A stretch of DNA of 24,456 nt, taken from positions 1-24,456 of IMG/VR virus record IMGVR_UViG_3300024322_000015; one strand, given 5' to 3'. Under the pieces are notes generated by a model. It worked only from the letters and a program-made list of their open reading frames with translations, was not told the origin of the DNA and searched no databases. The translations under genes were made by a program, and so were the position numbers. Each line of letters opens with the position of its first letter. The first letter of the stretch is position 1. Origin of the DNA: a virus (taxonomy: Duplodnaviria > Caudoviricetes). Of the stretch, positions 1-9,720 are shown piece after piece.

Positions 1-3000
1 CCCTTTTCCTAAGAAATCTAAAACCTTATTTACGGATGCTGATGGCCCAATGGCTCTAATAAGCTTATCATGCTTTGCGCTATCTATTCCCAAGTAGTTT
101 AGGTAATAGGATGTAGGTATCTCTTTTTGGTCGCTTAAAACAAACTCAGCTTTAAGTGCATTACGAAGTCCTGTTCTTGATTTTGCGTAAATATTACTCA
201 AATCGCCCATTCCTAAAAATGAGTTTTGGATGAACTTTCCAATTTGAGTTTTTGACTTGAATCCATTTGACGAACCAGACAGGCCTACTCCAAACAACGC
301 AGCTTTACTATATAAGTGGTTTTTAGATTGTTTTGAGGTTAGATACGGGAAAGAACCAGAAATAGCACTGTAAAACTGAGCAGGTCTTTGGTCTGCTCTA
401 GCAAGGGCTTTTGCAGCCCACATTGTATAACCCGCTCTTAATGCTTTATTGGTTGTTGTCATGTAGTCATTACTACCTATATCAATATAAGTTTCATTAC
501 CCTCATTAACAATACTATTGAATACATTCTGTTTGTCTCTAAAAAAGTTTGCTATAATATCATATTCTTTTGGATTCGAAAACATATCCTTGAATGTTGG
601 GTTGTCTAAAAGATACATTAGCTTATTCAAATCTCCTCTAGCTTCTACATCTATATTAGCACCCTTCATTCTTGCAATAGCATTTTTAACAAAAATACCT
701 GGGTTTAGTCTTAGGTTGTCTCCTAGGGTTTCGGCAAAGTTTATTTGACTAAGAATAGCTGCGTCTGACATAGAAACTGCTTGCTGGTCAGTAGCGCCAT
801 CATCATTTCCGTCATATGTATTTTTACCATTAGCATCGCTATTATCTCCTTTTCTCAAGGGAATTGGGATGTATGTCCCGTCAACAAATGGAACCTCTGT
901 CCCTCTGTCTTCATTTTTTAGCTCACCTCCATAATCTTTTATTCTCTTGAGTGCTGCGTCATTGTTTTGCATAGACGCCAACTTTTGAACAAAGTCTTTA
1001 TTGAATTGCTCTGTAGTTAAGTCGTCAAAAGAATTGGCTTTTTCAAATCCAAGTTTTTCGTATGTAGACTTCCAAAGCTCATATCTTTCTTTGAATTTTT
1101 TCTGTTGTACAGAGCCTTCAGCCTCTTCGTACTCTTTTCTTCTTATGTCAAGCTCTTGTTTTACCAAACTTTTCCATCTGGAAAACTCAATATCTTGTTT
1201 AGCTCCAGATTGAGCTTCTTGCTCATACTGAGCTCTTACTTCTGGGTATTTGTTTAAAAGGTTATCTAAAGCAGCTTGGTTTTGCTCTACATCATTTCCT
1301 TGTTCTATCTGCTTTACAGTATCAAGAAAAAGTTTTTTGTCACCAGATTCCATTGAAGAAATAATTTCCTGCTTGCCTATTGTGACTCCAGAACGCCTAA
1401 AAGCACCTGCCAACATATATAATTCATACGCATTGTTTTGGTGATTGGCATCAGGAGCTATTTTTGTTCCATTTGCCTTGTTATAAGCTTTTACTGAATT
1501 TTGGTAATCTTTAAGCGTATTTAGGTATAATTGTTCAGCGGACTGTGTTTGTTCACTGATTTTTCTATTTATTTCCCTATACACATCATAAAACTCTTGC
1601 CCTACATAACTGTCACGAAACAAAGTTTTTAAAAGAATATCTCCAGTAGCGAAACCTTTTCCTTTAAGCACACCTCCACCGACACTTATGTTTTTTTGCG
1701 CCCATGCGTTTAGGTTTTGATACACTTGCTCCATACTCATGTCTGGAGTGATGCCAGCCTTCTTGAAAATATCTATCTTTCCAGGGGCTTTAGCAGCTAT
1801 TCTTACAGCCATATCGTTGGCATCAAGTATAGATTCAACGAATCCAAAAGCTGGGTCTTTTCCAGCATCCAAATCATTAAAGAACTTGATAATATGGTTT
1901 GCTTGAGACTCAGGTAGAGATGCCATTAAATCAACATCTCTGTTTACGCTTTCAAATCTCGAGAATAAAGCAGCGACCCTTTCATTGTCAATGGGTTGTT
2001 TTTTAGCCGTCTCTGGCTTTTCAACACCCTCACCTTCAAGCTCTAGCTCTACTTGTTGTGGCTGTGGTTTTGTTTTGGATTGCGCCTGTTTTATTCTAGT
2101 GTTGAGGTCGAATTCTTTTCTTTCATCTTCTGGAATATCTACAAAATACATTGTTGGGTCGCTGATTGTATATGCTCCACCAACACTAAATCTCTCTGCA
2201 TTTTCTCTTTCTCCAGACTTTACATCTTCTACATAAAGCTTGGCAGCTCTATCGCTTATCTGCTGTTGAGTGATTTCATAGTTGCCACCTTTTTCTTCTG
2301 CTTCTGCTTGAAGTTCTTTTGAAGCTCTTTCGTCATACTGTAGTTTAGTATCGCTGTCTAAAAAGTTATAACTAATCTCCGAAGGATATCGTGTTATTAT
2401 GGCTTTTAATTGACCCTGTATGTCGGTAACATCCTCAGCCATTTGCCTAACTACGTTATTGGTTATCGTAGATGATTCGTACCAGTCCGTGTCAAGCTTG
2501 GCTTTTGTTTCCTCTAGTCTTGTTATAAGCTCTAAAAAGTTTTGTTTATCTGTAGCCGTCATGCTATTTACAAGCTCAGTCTTTCTCCTGTCCATAGCTA
2601 TGACTTCTTGGTTGGCTTTACTTCTAATTTGAAGCGCAGTTTTCCCAATATCAGAATCTAAATTACCGTCTTGCTGAAGCTTAAGAACCGCAGCATCAGC
2701 CTCGTTTCTGCTCCTAATAACAGCGTTTTCAGATTCTAATGTAATGTTGTTTTTTATTAATTGATTCGTAGCTCTTCTAACCTGTCTTGTTTGTCCTGCT
2801 TGTGCGAATTTAGCCATAGCTGCAGAACTGAATATGCTTTGTAATCCAGTATTCTTCATTAGGCCTTGTGCCTTATCCCAATCCCATTCTTCCAAGCCCC
2901 ATTGGGTGTTTAAGAAATATTGACTAATAGCCACCAACTCCTCTTCTGGAACCTCTGTAGCTAAAGCCTTTGGGCTTACTCCAAGTACTTTTGCAATTTT

Positions 3001-5325
3001 TTTTCTTGTGCTTAGACCATGTGTTTTAGAGAAAGCCTCAGCAATTTTTCTAGAGTTTTCCAATGTTTTTGGGCCCTTAAAGTTTTTAGCCCCAGACATT
3101 GCTTTAAAATATTTAAAAGTGAAAAGTCTATTTATAAGAACTTCCGAGCCTGCCTTGGATAAAGCAAGTCCCCTAGCTTCCCAATCGCTCATATTTAGGA
3201 TGTCTTTTTGAGACTGTGTAAGCGTAGCTCCAGCCTGCAAGTCTTCGTTCGCAGCTTGTTTAAGGCCTTCTAATTCGCTTAAAGTGCCACCATAAGTAGA
3301 TACCCCTGTTACAGTTAATCCGAAGTAAGGGTTTACCGTATAAGCAGCAAAATATGGGACCGATTGAGCTAATGGTTGGTTTGCAAGAGCAAGAAATTCA
3401 CCAAAGCTATTTGCGTCAGATATCTCAGTGTCGAATAGAGGAAGGTATTCTTCTTTAAGCATTTGTACTTGTTCGGGACTAGGAAGACCTCCAGCGGTGG
3501 GCATACCAAACTGTGAAAAAACTATTGAGTCTGCGGCGTATTTATCCATGCCGACCATTTGGAACATATCCGATATAGCGGTTCCCATGTTTGCCATTAC
3601 ATCCATAGTTCCTATGCCAACACCTTGAACCAAATCTTCTACCCACTCATATGCTATTTTCATTTCAGCACCAAAAGCTCCTAGGGTGCCAGTAGATTCG
3701 TCAAACGATTCGTTTCTTTCAAGTATCTTGGCAGCTCCCTTTACAAGAGGAGAAAGAAATCCATAGGCCTCATGGTTTGGGTCTACCTCAACTTTTATCT
3801 TGCCTCTTATAACATCATTTCTTCCTGACGGGTCTAGAATTATTTCTTGAAGCGTGTTCAAAGACGAAACCATTCCGTTTATCTTTATACCGTCTGTTGG
3901 CATATCACCAAGGTCAAATCCAGCTTGTCCAAGGTTAGATATAAGCTCCTTGTTAAAAAGGTCTATGTTTGCATAGCTACCAGAAGTTGCTAATGCACTA
4001 CCAATCATTTTAGATGAGCCTGACCTTCTAGAATATATCTTTTCAATATACCCATCAAGCTTCTTATAAAGTTCTTTTGTTACTCTTTGCTGGTCTGAAT
4101 CTTTTTTATCTTGAGCTGCTCTTGCTATCATTCTAGCTCTAATGATTTCAGCTCCGCCAAACATACTAATATCATCCTCATCGCTAAAGTATTCATTTAA
4201 CTCTCCAGAGGTGTCTAGTGATTGTTTTATTTGGTCTATAACCATCAGAGCTTTATTGGAGTTAAACACTCCATTTTTGTCGTAAAAATCAGCAGCAGAC
4301 ATATTAACGAATCCAGCTAATTCTTCAATCTCAGAACTCAACAATGATGAAGCCCTGTTTGTTTCCATGTAAACATCAGCAACAATATTTTGACTATTGG
4401 CAAAAACATCATTCATACCATCCATCACAGCAGGATTCGAAATCTTTTGACCGTCTTTATTTACACCAACCAAAAAATCTTTCATCTGACCAAACCTTTT
4501 TAATTCAAGTTTAGCTATATCTTCATCTGTTTGACCTGAAGCTCTAAGCTGAGCCTTATAGCCGTCTGTAAATAGTCTATGAGTTTGTTTTGTGCCGTCT
4601 GGGAGAATTATTTCTAATTCATTTTCTGTAAACCCACTTTCGTTAACTTTTATTCCGTAATTACGAAGTACGTTGTTAAGGGTGATAGATGCGTCTCTTT
4701 CAGACATATTAAACACGCCTTGCGGTATATTGTTGACTACGTTACTTAAATACTTTTGCTCGTTAATATAACCGCCAACTCCCTTGACAGAAATTTCGTT
4801 TTTCCATGAATCAAAGTCATACGCAACAAGTTCTTCGCTTCTAGTATACCCTTCTCGGTTTAATTCCTCTTCGCTAAGAGTTATTGTTGAAATGTAGTCC
4901 GATGAAGAAGCTCCATCTCCAGAAGTGGATTGTTGTTCCGAATCTGTAACAATGTTTGGTTGGCTTGAAAAGTCGTCCAAAGAAGTCTGGACTTGATTTT
5001 TTTTTTCAACGAAAGATTTATCTATCCAACTGTTGTAGATAGAATCCGCTTCTTGTTCGTTAGGCAAAGTCTCCATTAGACCATTCAACACATGAAACTC
5101 TCTAATGTATGTTTTTAAGTCGCTTCTACTAGCGTAGCTATAAAGAAGTTTTTCATCTGTTTTTTTTCCAGCCGCCTCTAAAGAACTTTTGAAGTAGTTA
5201 AAAGCCTTGTTTACATCAATAGGCGGGTCTGGGTCTGTGACTTGATTAGAGCCGTTACCATCCACCTGAGGTTGATTTTTAATTTCAACGTCTTGCTGTT
5301 CTGTATTTGATTCGTTCACAATCAT
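1..5325 (-). CDS. Giant putative internal virion/ejection protein, >1775 aa, 3'-truncated by the window edge (not in the ORF track)
   Basis: Manual translation from ATG at 5325 (TAATG overlap with the stop of 5325..7337) gives MIVNESNTEQQDVEIKNQPQVDGNGSNQVTDPDPPIDVNKAFNYF... and stays open to base 1 (...GPSASVNKVLDFLGKG) with no stop in 1775 codons. It is helical/coiled-coil rich with hydrophobic Gly-rich segments near 3290-3640. Function is inferred from its position as the third and largest gene after the nozzle. Confidence 0.9.
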   Translation of the reverse strand, partial: MIVNESNTEQQDVEIKNQPQVDGNGSNQVTDPDPPIDVNKAFNYFKSSLEAAGKKTDEKLLYSYASRSDLKTYIREFHVLNGLMETLPNEQEADSIYNSWIDKSFVEKKNQVQTSLDDFSSQPNIVTDSEQQSTSGDGASSSDYISTITLSEEELNREGYTRSEELVAYDFDSWKNEISVKGVGGYINEQKYLSNVVNNIPQGVFNMSERDASITLNNVLRNYGIKVNESGFTENELEIILPDGTKQTHRLFTDGYKAQLRASGQTDEDIAKLELKRFGQMKDFLVGVNKDGQKISNPAVMDGMNDVFANSQNIVADVYMETNRASSLLSSEIEELAGFVNMSAADFYDKNGVFNSNKALMVIDQIKQSLDTSGELNEYFSDEDDISMFGGAEIIRARMIARAAQDKKDSDQQRVTKELYKKLDGYIEKIYSRRSGSSKMIGSALATSGSYANIDLFNKELISNLGQAGFDLGDMPTDGIKINGMVSSLNTLQEIILDPSGRNDVIRGKIKVEVDPNHEAYGFLSPLVKGAAKILERNESFDESTGTLGAFGAEMKIAYEWVEDLVQGVGIGTMDVMANMGTAISDMFQMVGMDKYAADSIVFSQFGMPTAGGLPSPEQVQMLKEEYLPLFDTEISDANSFGEFLALANQPLAQSVPYFAAYTVNPYFGLTVTGVSTYGGTLSELEGLKQAANEDLQAGATLTQSQKDILNMSDWEARGLALSKAGSEVLINRLFTFKYFKAMSGAKNFKGPKTLENSRKIAEAFSKTHGLSTRKKIAKVLGVSPKALATEVPEEELVAISQYFLNTQWGLEEWDWDKAQGLMKNTGLQSIFSSAAMAKFAQAGQTRQVRRATNQLIKNNITLESENAVIRSRNEADAAVLKLQQDGNLDSDIGKTALQIRSKANQEVIAMDRRKTELVNSMTATDKQNFLELITRLEETKAKLDTDWYESSTITNNVVRQMAEDVTDIQGQLKAIITRYPSEISYNFLDSDTKLQYDERASKELQAEAEEKGGNYEITQQQISDRAAKLYVEDVKSGERENAERFSVGGAYTISDPTMYFVDIPEDERKEFDLNTRIKQAQSKTKPQPQQVELELEGEGVEKPETAKKQPIDNERVAALFSRFESVNRDVDLMASLPESQANHIIKFFNDLDAGKDPAFGFVESILDANDMAVRIAAKAPGKIDIFKKAGITPDMSMEQVYQNLNAWAQKNISVGGGVLKGKGFATGDILLKTLFRDSYVGQEFYDVYREINRKISEQTQSAEQLYLNTLKDYQNSVKAYNKANGTKIAPDANHQNNAYELYMLAGAFRRSGVTIGKQEIISSMESGDKKLFLDTVKQIEQGNDVEQNQAALDNLLNKYPEVRAQYEQEAQSGAKQDIEFSRWKSLVKQELDIRRKEYEEAEGSVQQKKFKERYELWKSTYEKLGFEKANSFDDLTTEQFNKDFVQKLASMQNNDAALKRIKDYGGELKNEDRGTEVPFVDGTYIPIPLRKGDNSDANGKNTYDGNDDGATDQQAVSMSDAAILSQINFAETLGDNLRLNPGIFVKNAIARMKGANIDVEARGDLNKLMYLLDNPTFKDMFSNPKEYDIIANFFRDKQNVFNSIVNEGNETYIDIGSNDYMTTTNKALRAGYTMWAAKALARADQRPAQFYSAISGSFPYLTSKQSKNHLYSKAALFGVGLSGSSNGFKSKTQIGKFIQNSFLGMGDLSNIYAKSRTGLRNALKAEFVLSDQKEIPTSYYLNYLGIDSAKHDKLIRAIGPSASVNKVLDFLGKG

Positions 5326-7337
5326 TATTGAGTTATGTTTTTAGTGTAAGCAAGTAAAGCCTTGGTGTAACTGTTTTTCCCGAAAACTGGGCTGTTTGCC
5401 TTTTCGTCAAACTGAAGGTTTTGCATGATAGTTCTAAATTCATCACTATTATCATACATCTGAGTGTAAAGCTTCATGTGGTCAGCTTCGTCGAATAAAG
5501 CCATCTGGGTCTCAACAACCTCTCCCTGTTCGTTAAATTCAAGGGCAACGCTAGAAGAAGTGCCCTGTTGCCCTTTACTCCCTGATTTAATTTCGTAATC
5601 AGATAAGCTTTTTGCAACAACAGCCTTTCCAGCAAAGAAAAATTTAATTCTTGGTACACCACCTTCTTCTTTACTGACTGCTTCTTCAACTGCAACAAAA
5701 GTAGTTGGGGATTCGATGTTTTTGTTAGTTGTGGATGTAATTTTGAAACCAGAATCCTTAATAACCTGAGATATCTCACTAGATAGTTGAACTGGGCTAT
5801 ACTTGCTATCAGGCTTCAAGAAAGTTTGTTCTCTGGAGTTCAACTGTTTAGCTCCAGCATAATACCCTTTGGATTGAATTTCTCTATTTATTAAGTCCCT
5901 TTTATCAGAATCTTGTAGTTCCGTATAAAAGTTTCTTGATGCTATAGAAGAGAAATAATCGTAATCACCTTGATAAAATTCCGTTACTCCATCAACTGTT
6001 TTTTGGTATGTAAACGCTCCTCCAAGTATATTCTTGGGAGTTTTAGTTGATGTTCTTGGCAATCTATCTCTCTCTCTGTAGTCGTCAACCTTAACATTCA
6101 TTGCTTTAAGGTATTTATCTCTCATAATAGCCTTGAAAAGATTTCTTTGGTCGTCACTTATTTGCTCAATACCGAACTCATTTAGTTGAAACGTAGTCGG
6201 GTCCATTATGAATTCTTTCATCTGACCGCTTCCTGGAGGGTCTTCTACTTGGTATGTGTTTTTAAATTGAACTTGATTGCCAAGTTCGTCATATATTTTT
6301 GGTATAGTTTGACCAGTTGGCTTCCCGTCTTCACCCAATACAACTGTAGGACCAAAAAGCTTGTTTATTTCATCTTGAGATTTTAATCCATTAAATCCTT
6401 CGTCTCCAATAGCCCGCGCTCCAAACTCTTGTGATAAAAAACTCATAACAGTAACATCATCTGAAGCTAAACTGTTTAGCTCCATTTCAATTCTACTTGC
6501 AACATCTTTAAGAGCTTCTGGAGCTATAATTCTTGTAAAAACATCGGATTCTCCCAATCTAAAAGCCCCTTTATATTGTATGTCTCCAGCAGGCTCCCCT
6601 CTAACCATGGAAACCTCTCTAGAGTTTCCTATAGTTCCGACAAACTCTTTGACGTTGTCATTAGAATCAAAACGCTGTAAAAGAGATGGGTTTACATCAG
6701 ATAAGCTTCCAACAGGAGCCATTCTTGTTGCGACTTCTATTTTATTTGTATTTGGGTCAACGTAGTTAAATGATTTTCTGTAGTTTACTTTATTAGTGTC
6801 ATCGTCAAACTCTGTAGTTATAAGTTCTTGTCCTGGAACGTTTACATACCCTCCTTGGCCGTCAGGAACTTTTAAAACCATTTGATTTTGATTTTTACCT
6901 GTAAACCAACTTCTTAGGTATCTTGCTTTTGACAATGGGTCTAGCTTACCATCTGCTATTCCCTTATCTATAGCCTCAACCTTATCAGCGACTATTTTAG
7001 TTGCATTCGCTATCTGAGAGGCTTGTGATGTGTAATTGTTTACTTGTGCAGTAGCATAACTACGGCTTGTAAGTCCAAGTATGTTGCTGTTATGAGCTGA
7101 AACAGCTTTATCGCGCAACTGATTTGCTGCTGATTGATATAGCTTATCAGCGTCAGCAATACTAGTAGCCTCTATCTCTGACGCAGCCTTTGCGTATGCT
7201 GCTAATTCTTCTGAGCGTTGTTCTCTAACCTTTGCTCGCATGTTTATAACCTGCATTTTTCCTTGCAAGTATATATTTGCTAGACCAGACAGCCCAGATT
7301 CTATTGGTTTTGTATATACGCCTCCTGAATATGCCAT
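5325..7337 (-). CDS. Putative internal virion/ejection protein, 670 aa
   Basis: Long ORF with an Ala/Gln-rich helical N-terminus, in the middle of a small-medium-giant gene trio downstream of the tail nozzle (positional analogy to T7 gp14/15/16 and P22 gp7/20/16). The CDS is certain; function is inferred. Confidence 0.7.
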   Translation of the reverse strand: MAYSGGVYTKPIESGLSGLANIYLQGKMQVINMRAKVREQRSEELAAYAKAASEIEATSIADADKLYQSAANQLRDKAVSAHNSNILGLTSRSYATAQVNNYTSQASQIANATKIVADKVEAIDKGIADGKLDPLSKARYLRSWFTGKNQNQMVLKVPDGQGGYVNVPGQELITTEFDDDTNKVNYRKSFNYVDPNTNKIEVATRMAPVGSLSDVNPSLLQRFDSNDNVKEFVGTIGNSREVSMVRGEPAGDIQYKGAFRLGESDVFTRIIAPEALKDVASRIEMELNSLASDDVTVMSFLSQEFGARAIGDEGFNGLKSQDEINKLFGPTVVLGEDGKPTGQTIPKIYDELGNQVQFKNTYQVEDPPGSGQMKEFIMDPTTFQLNEFGIEQISDDQRNLFKAIMRDKYLKAMNVKVDDYRERDRLPRTSTKTPKNILGGAFTYQKTVDGVTEFYQGDYDYFSSIASRNFYTELQDSDKRDLINREIQSKGYYAGAKQLNSREQTFLKPDSKYSPVQLSSEISQVIKDSGFKITSTTNKNIESPTTFVAVEEAVSKEEGGVPRIKFFFAGKAVVAKSLSDYEIKSGSKGQQGTSSSVALEFNEQGEVVETQMALFDEADHMKLYTQMYDNSDEFRTIMQNLQFDEKANSPVFGKNSYTKALLAYTKNITQ

Positions 7338-7343
7338 ATGATT

Positions 7344-8081
7344 CTAAAAGTTAAAAAATCCGCCTATTGTTTGACCAATATCTCTAAAAAAACCTCCTAC
7401 TTTGGTTCCGCCACCTAAAAATCCTGTATTTTCAGTGCCAATGTTTAATTGTTTTAACCCCATCTGACCCCCAGTGTCATACGTTGATTTTATTTGCTGT
7501 GCTGTGGCGCCTCTTCTTGCAGCAGCTTTGGCCGCTCTTGTAACCGAAGGGTCTGTTTTACCAGCTTCAGCTTGTGCCATTTCTTGTCCTGTTCCAGCAG
7601 ATACGGCTAAAGAAGCAAAATCTGTAATTGCAGATGCCTGCATTTGTTTTCCTGCTTGAGCTTGAGCTTTTAAAGACTGAAGTTCTTCCATTTTTCTGGT
7701 TTCAATCATGTCTCTTTGCCTTTGTTCATCTTGAACACGCATTACATCCGCTTGAAATTCCTTATCCATTACACTAGCGAATACTTTTTGCTCTTGAGCA
7801 GCTAATTGTTCTTGTCCTGAGCCTAAAATAGCCATAGCACTTGCAGCGTCCATAGTTTGAGCTACATCGGTAAAACTACCTCTCATTTTATCAATCTGAG
7901 AAATAGCTTGTTGCTCGGCTTCTAGAGACGGCTTTAAGTTTTCTGCAAGGTTTGTAAGCTCTTGATGCTTGAATTTCTGAAGTCCTTGTTGAGCCTCCCT
8001 TGCCATCTTACCTCCCGTAAGGAAGTTATTTACAGCTCCAGCGCCTCCGGCTATCATACCTAATGTTGTTAAAAACGGCAT
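7344..8081 (-). CDS. Putative small ejection (pilot/DNA transfer) protein, 245 aa
   Basis: Hydrophobic Gly/Ala N-terminus (MPFLTTLGMIAGGAGAVNNFLTGG), Q/A/E-rich coiled-coil middle and Gly-rich amphipathic C-terminus, a layout typical of P22 gp7/T7 gp14-like proteins. Confidence 0.7.
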   Translation of the reverse strand: MPFLTTLGMIAGGAGAVNNFLTGGKMAREAQQGLQKFKHQELTNLAENLKPSLEAEQQAISQIDKMRGSFTDVAQTMDAASAMAILGSGQEQLAAQEQKVFASVMDKEFQADVMRVQDEQRQRDMIETRKMEELQSLKAQAQAGKQMQASAITDFASLAVSAGTGQEMAQAEAGKTDPSVTRAAKAAARRGATAQQIKSTYDTGGQMGLKQLNIGTENTGFLGGGTKVGGFFRDIGQTIGGFFNF

Positions 8082-8105
8082 TTATTAAAGTTATTAATAA
8101 TTATA

Positions 8106-8113
8106 CAAATATA
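8106..8113 (-). promoter_or_regulatory. Bacteroidota sigma-70 -7 promoter element upstream of the ejection-protein genes
   Basis: Minus strand TTTTG-TATATTTG-TA matches TAnnTTTG, in an intergenic gap 24 nt before the ATG at 8081. No clear -33 element seen. Confidence 0.7.
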
Positions 8114-8119
8114 CAAAAT

Positions 8120-8881
8120 TTACATGTAGCTCTTGAAGACCTCAGAGTTCGCACCGTAGAGTTCCACAAAGCTTGTTGAATTATTGTAAAGTTTAATTGT
8201 TGCATGATATCCACGCAACCCATATGATTCAGCTTCAGAGTTTTTAACTATAAAGCAAAAATCGTCTACAGATGGAGTGTTTACAGAAGAAACAGTAGTA
8301 ATTGTGTCTCCGCTAAAAGAGTTAATTACTCCAACTTCTTGTGTGCTTCCATCGTTAAAATATAGTTTATCACCACCAACACCATCAGTACCATTTGCCG
8401 ATACTTGATTTGGTATGTTGCTTGAGAATTGGTATTGGTTTGCTCCAGGGATAACCTGTAACTCCCCTATACCTAAAATAGATAGTTTATTGAAATCTAG
8501 CTCATTACCAGAGTTTCTTCTTATATACCCATATCTAATTCCTTCTTTATCTTCAAACTTGTTGTTAATTCTACCAGCTTCCATTTCAGAAGTTATTGTA
8601 GCATCCCAAGAGCTCGTATTGCTCTCAAGACCAATAGTTTTGAATAACTTGACATCTGATGGATTCTGATTAGCAGAAAACGTAACAGAACAACCATATG
8701 TCGTTCCGTAGAAGTTTGTCCTGGAGTTGTTTTCATCATGAATATACAACTCGCCATTCTTGAACGTGTAAAAGTTTGTTCCTAGTCGTTCTGTCCATTC
8801 TGGGACATACGAATGGAATGAAGTCCACGCATTGTACACCTCATCCCATGTAATCGTCCTTGTATTTGATGTTAGTCCCAT
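8120..8881 (-). CDS. Separately encoded C-terminal part of the tail nozzle/stabilization protein, 253 aa
   Basis: Begins TITWDEVYNAWTSFHSYVPEW...NFYTFKNGELYIH and contains VKLFKTIGLES, FEDKEG and ESYGLRGYHATIKL. I recall these as C-terminal motifs of crAss-like/P22 gp10-like stabilization proteins. Starts 1 nt after the stop of the 1764-aa gene. Confidence 0.75.
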   Translation of the reverse strand: MGLTSNTRTITWDEVYNAWTSFHSYVPEWTERLGTNFYTFKNGELYIHDENNSRTNFYGTTYGCSVTFSANQNPSDVKLFKTIGLESNTSSWDATITSEMEAGRINNKFEDKEGIRYGYIRRNSGNELDFNKLSILGIGELQVIPGANQYQFSSNIPNQVSANGTDGVGGDKLYFNDGSTQEVGVINSFSGDTITTVSSVNTPSVDDFCFIVKNSEAESYGLRGYHATIKLYNNSTSFVELYGANSEVFKSYM

Positions 8882-8882
8882 A

Positions 8883-9720
8883 TTAGTCGTCGTCTTCTAT
8901 TACTGGCCAAGTTACACCATTTGGAGTAAATCCTAGCGTGTTAAGTGCGTTTGTTACCCAATATAAATAGTAATATTGCCATTGGTCAAATCTATCAGTT
9001 GTAGAGCCTGGTTTAAAAGGAGCAGTAGTGTCATCGTTTGTACTATCTTCAATATCATACTCAAAAACAAAAGTAGGTGTACTCCCTGTCATCAAATCAC
9101 TTAATCCATCTGTTCCTGAGTAGTTTGTAGCACCGCCCTCAACAGCTAGCAAAAATGCTTTAAATGGATAATTTGGACTTCCCTGAGAATCTTCTACTTG
9201 AAAAACTACTCCTCTATAAAAACCAGAGTTTGAACTATTTAAAGAGCTAACCCTTGACCTTAAATCAGCAATATCTGCATCATAATTTCCATTTGTACCA
9301 TCATTAATTGCACTAAAAGAATCGCTATTTCTGCTATCGTGATAAATAGGGCTAGCTTCGTCTTGGAAAACCATAATTATAACGTTAGATGCGTCTGAAG
9401 GAAAGGCATTGTGTGTGCCTGTAGACTTAAAATCGTTAACATCGTTATCAGAAAGAGCAGCAAAAGTTTCTTCATCAGCCCATTGCTGTGAATCAGGAAG
9501 TCCAGCATAAACTATGGTTACTTTGTCATCATACTCATCACTTCCGTTTGTAGCTGGGTTTGGTGTTAATCCCTGAGCGATTTCTTCTGATTCAGTAAGG
9601 CCAGTTGCATATAAATCTTGAAGCGTAGATTTTAACGCTCCAGTTCTCATTGTGTTAAGCTCAGCTTCTGTGTTATCCATAGAGCCAGAGGAGTCAAAGT
9701 ATATATAGATATACGTGTCC
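8883..9720 (-). other. von Willebrand factor A (VWA)-like domain within the nozzle protein
   Basis: Beta strand YIYIYF followed by DSSGSM (DxSxS MIDAS, 9678-9695), and later VIIMVFQDE, matching the hydrophobic strand plus Asp of VWA domains. Confidence 0.7.

Noticed and set aside
518-3628. Short plus-strand ORFs in the left 3.6 kb
   Set aside because: All are antisense to the >1775-aa minus-strand ORF and are S/F/L-rich shadow translations.
780-4830. Asp-rich motifs YDFDSW (~4805-4822) and YDGNDDG (~796-816) as an RNA polymerase catalytic loop
   Set aside because: Neither matches DxDxD (DFDGD/DFDID) in a plausible context, so no virion RNAP call is made from the visible sequence.
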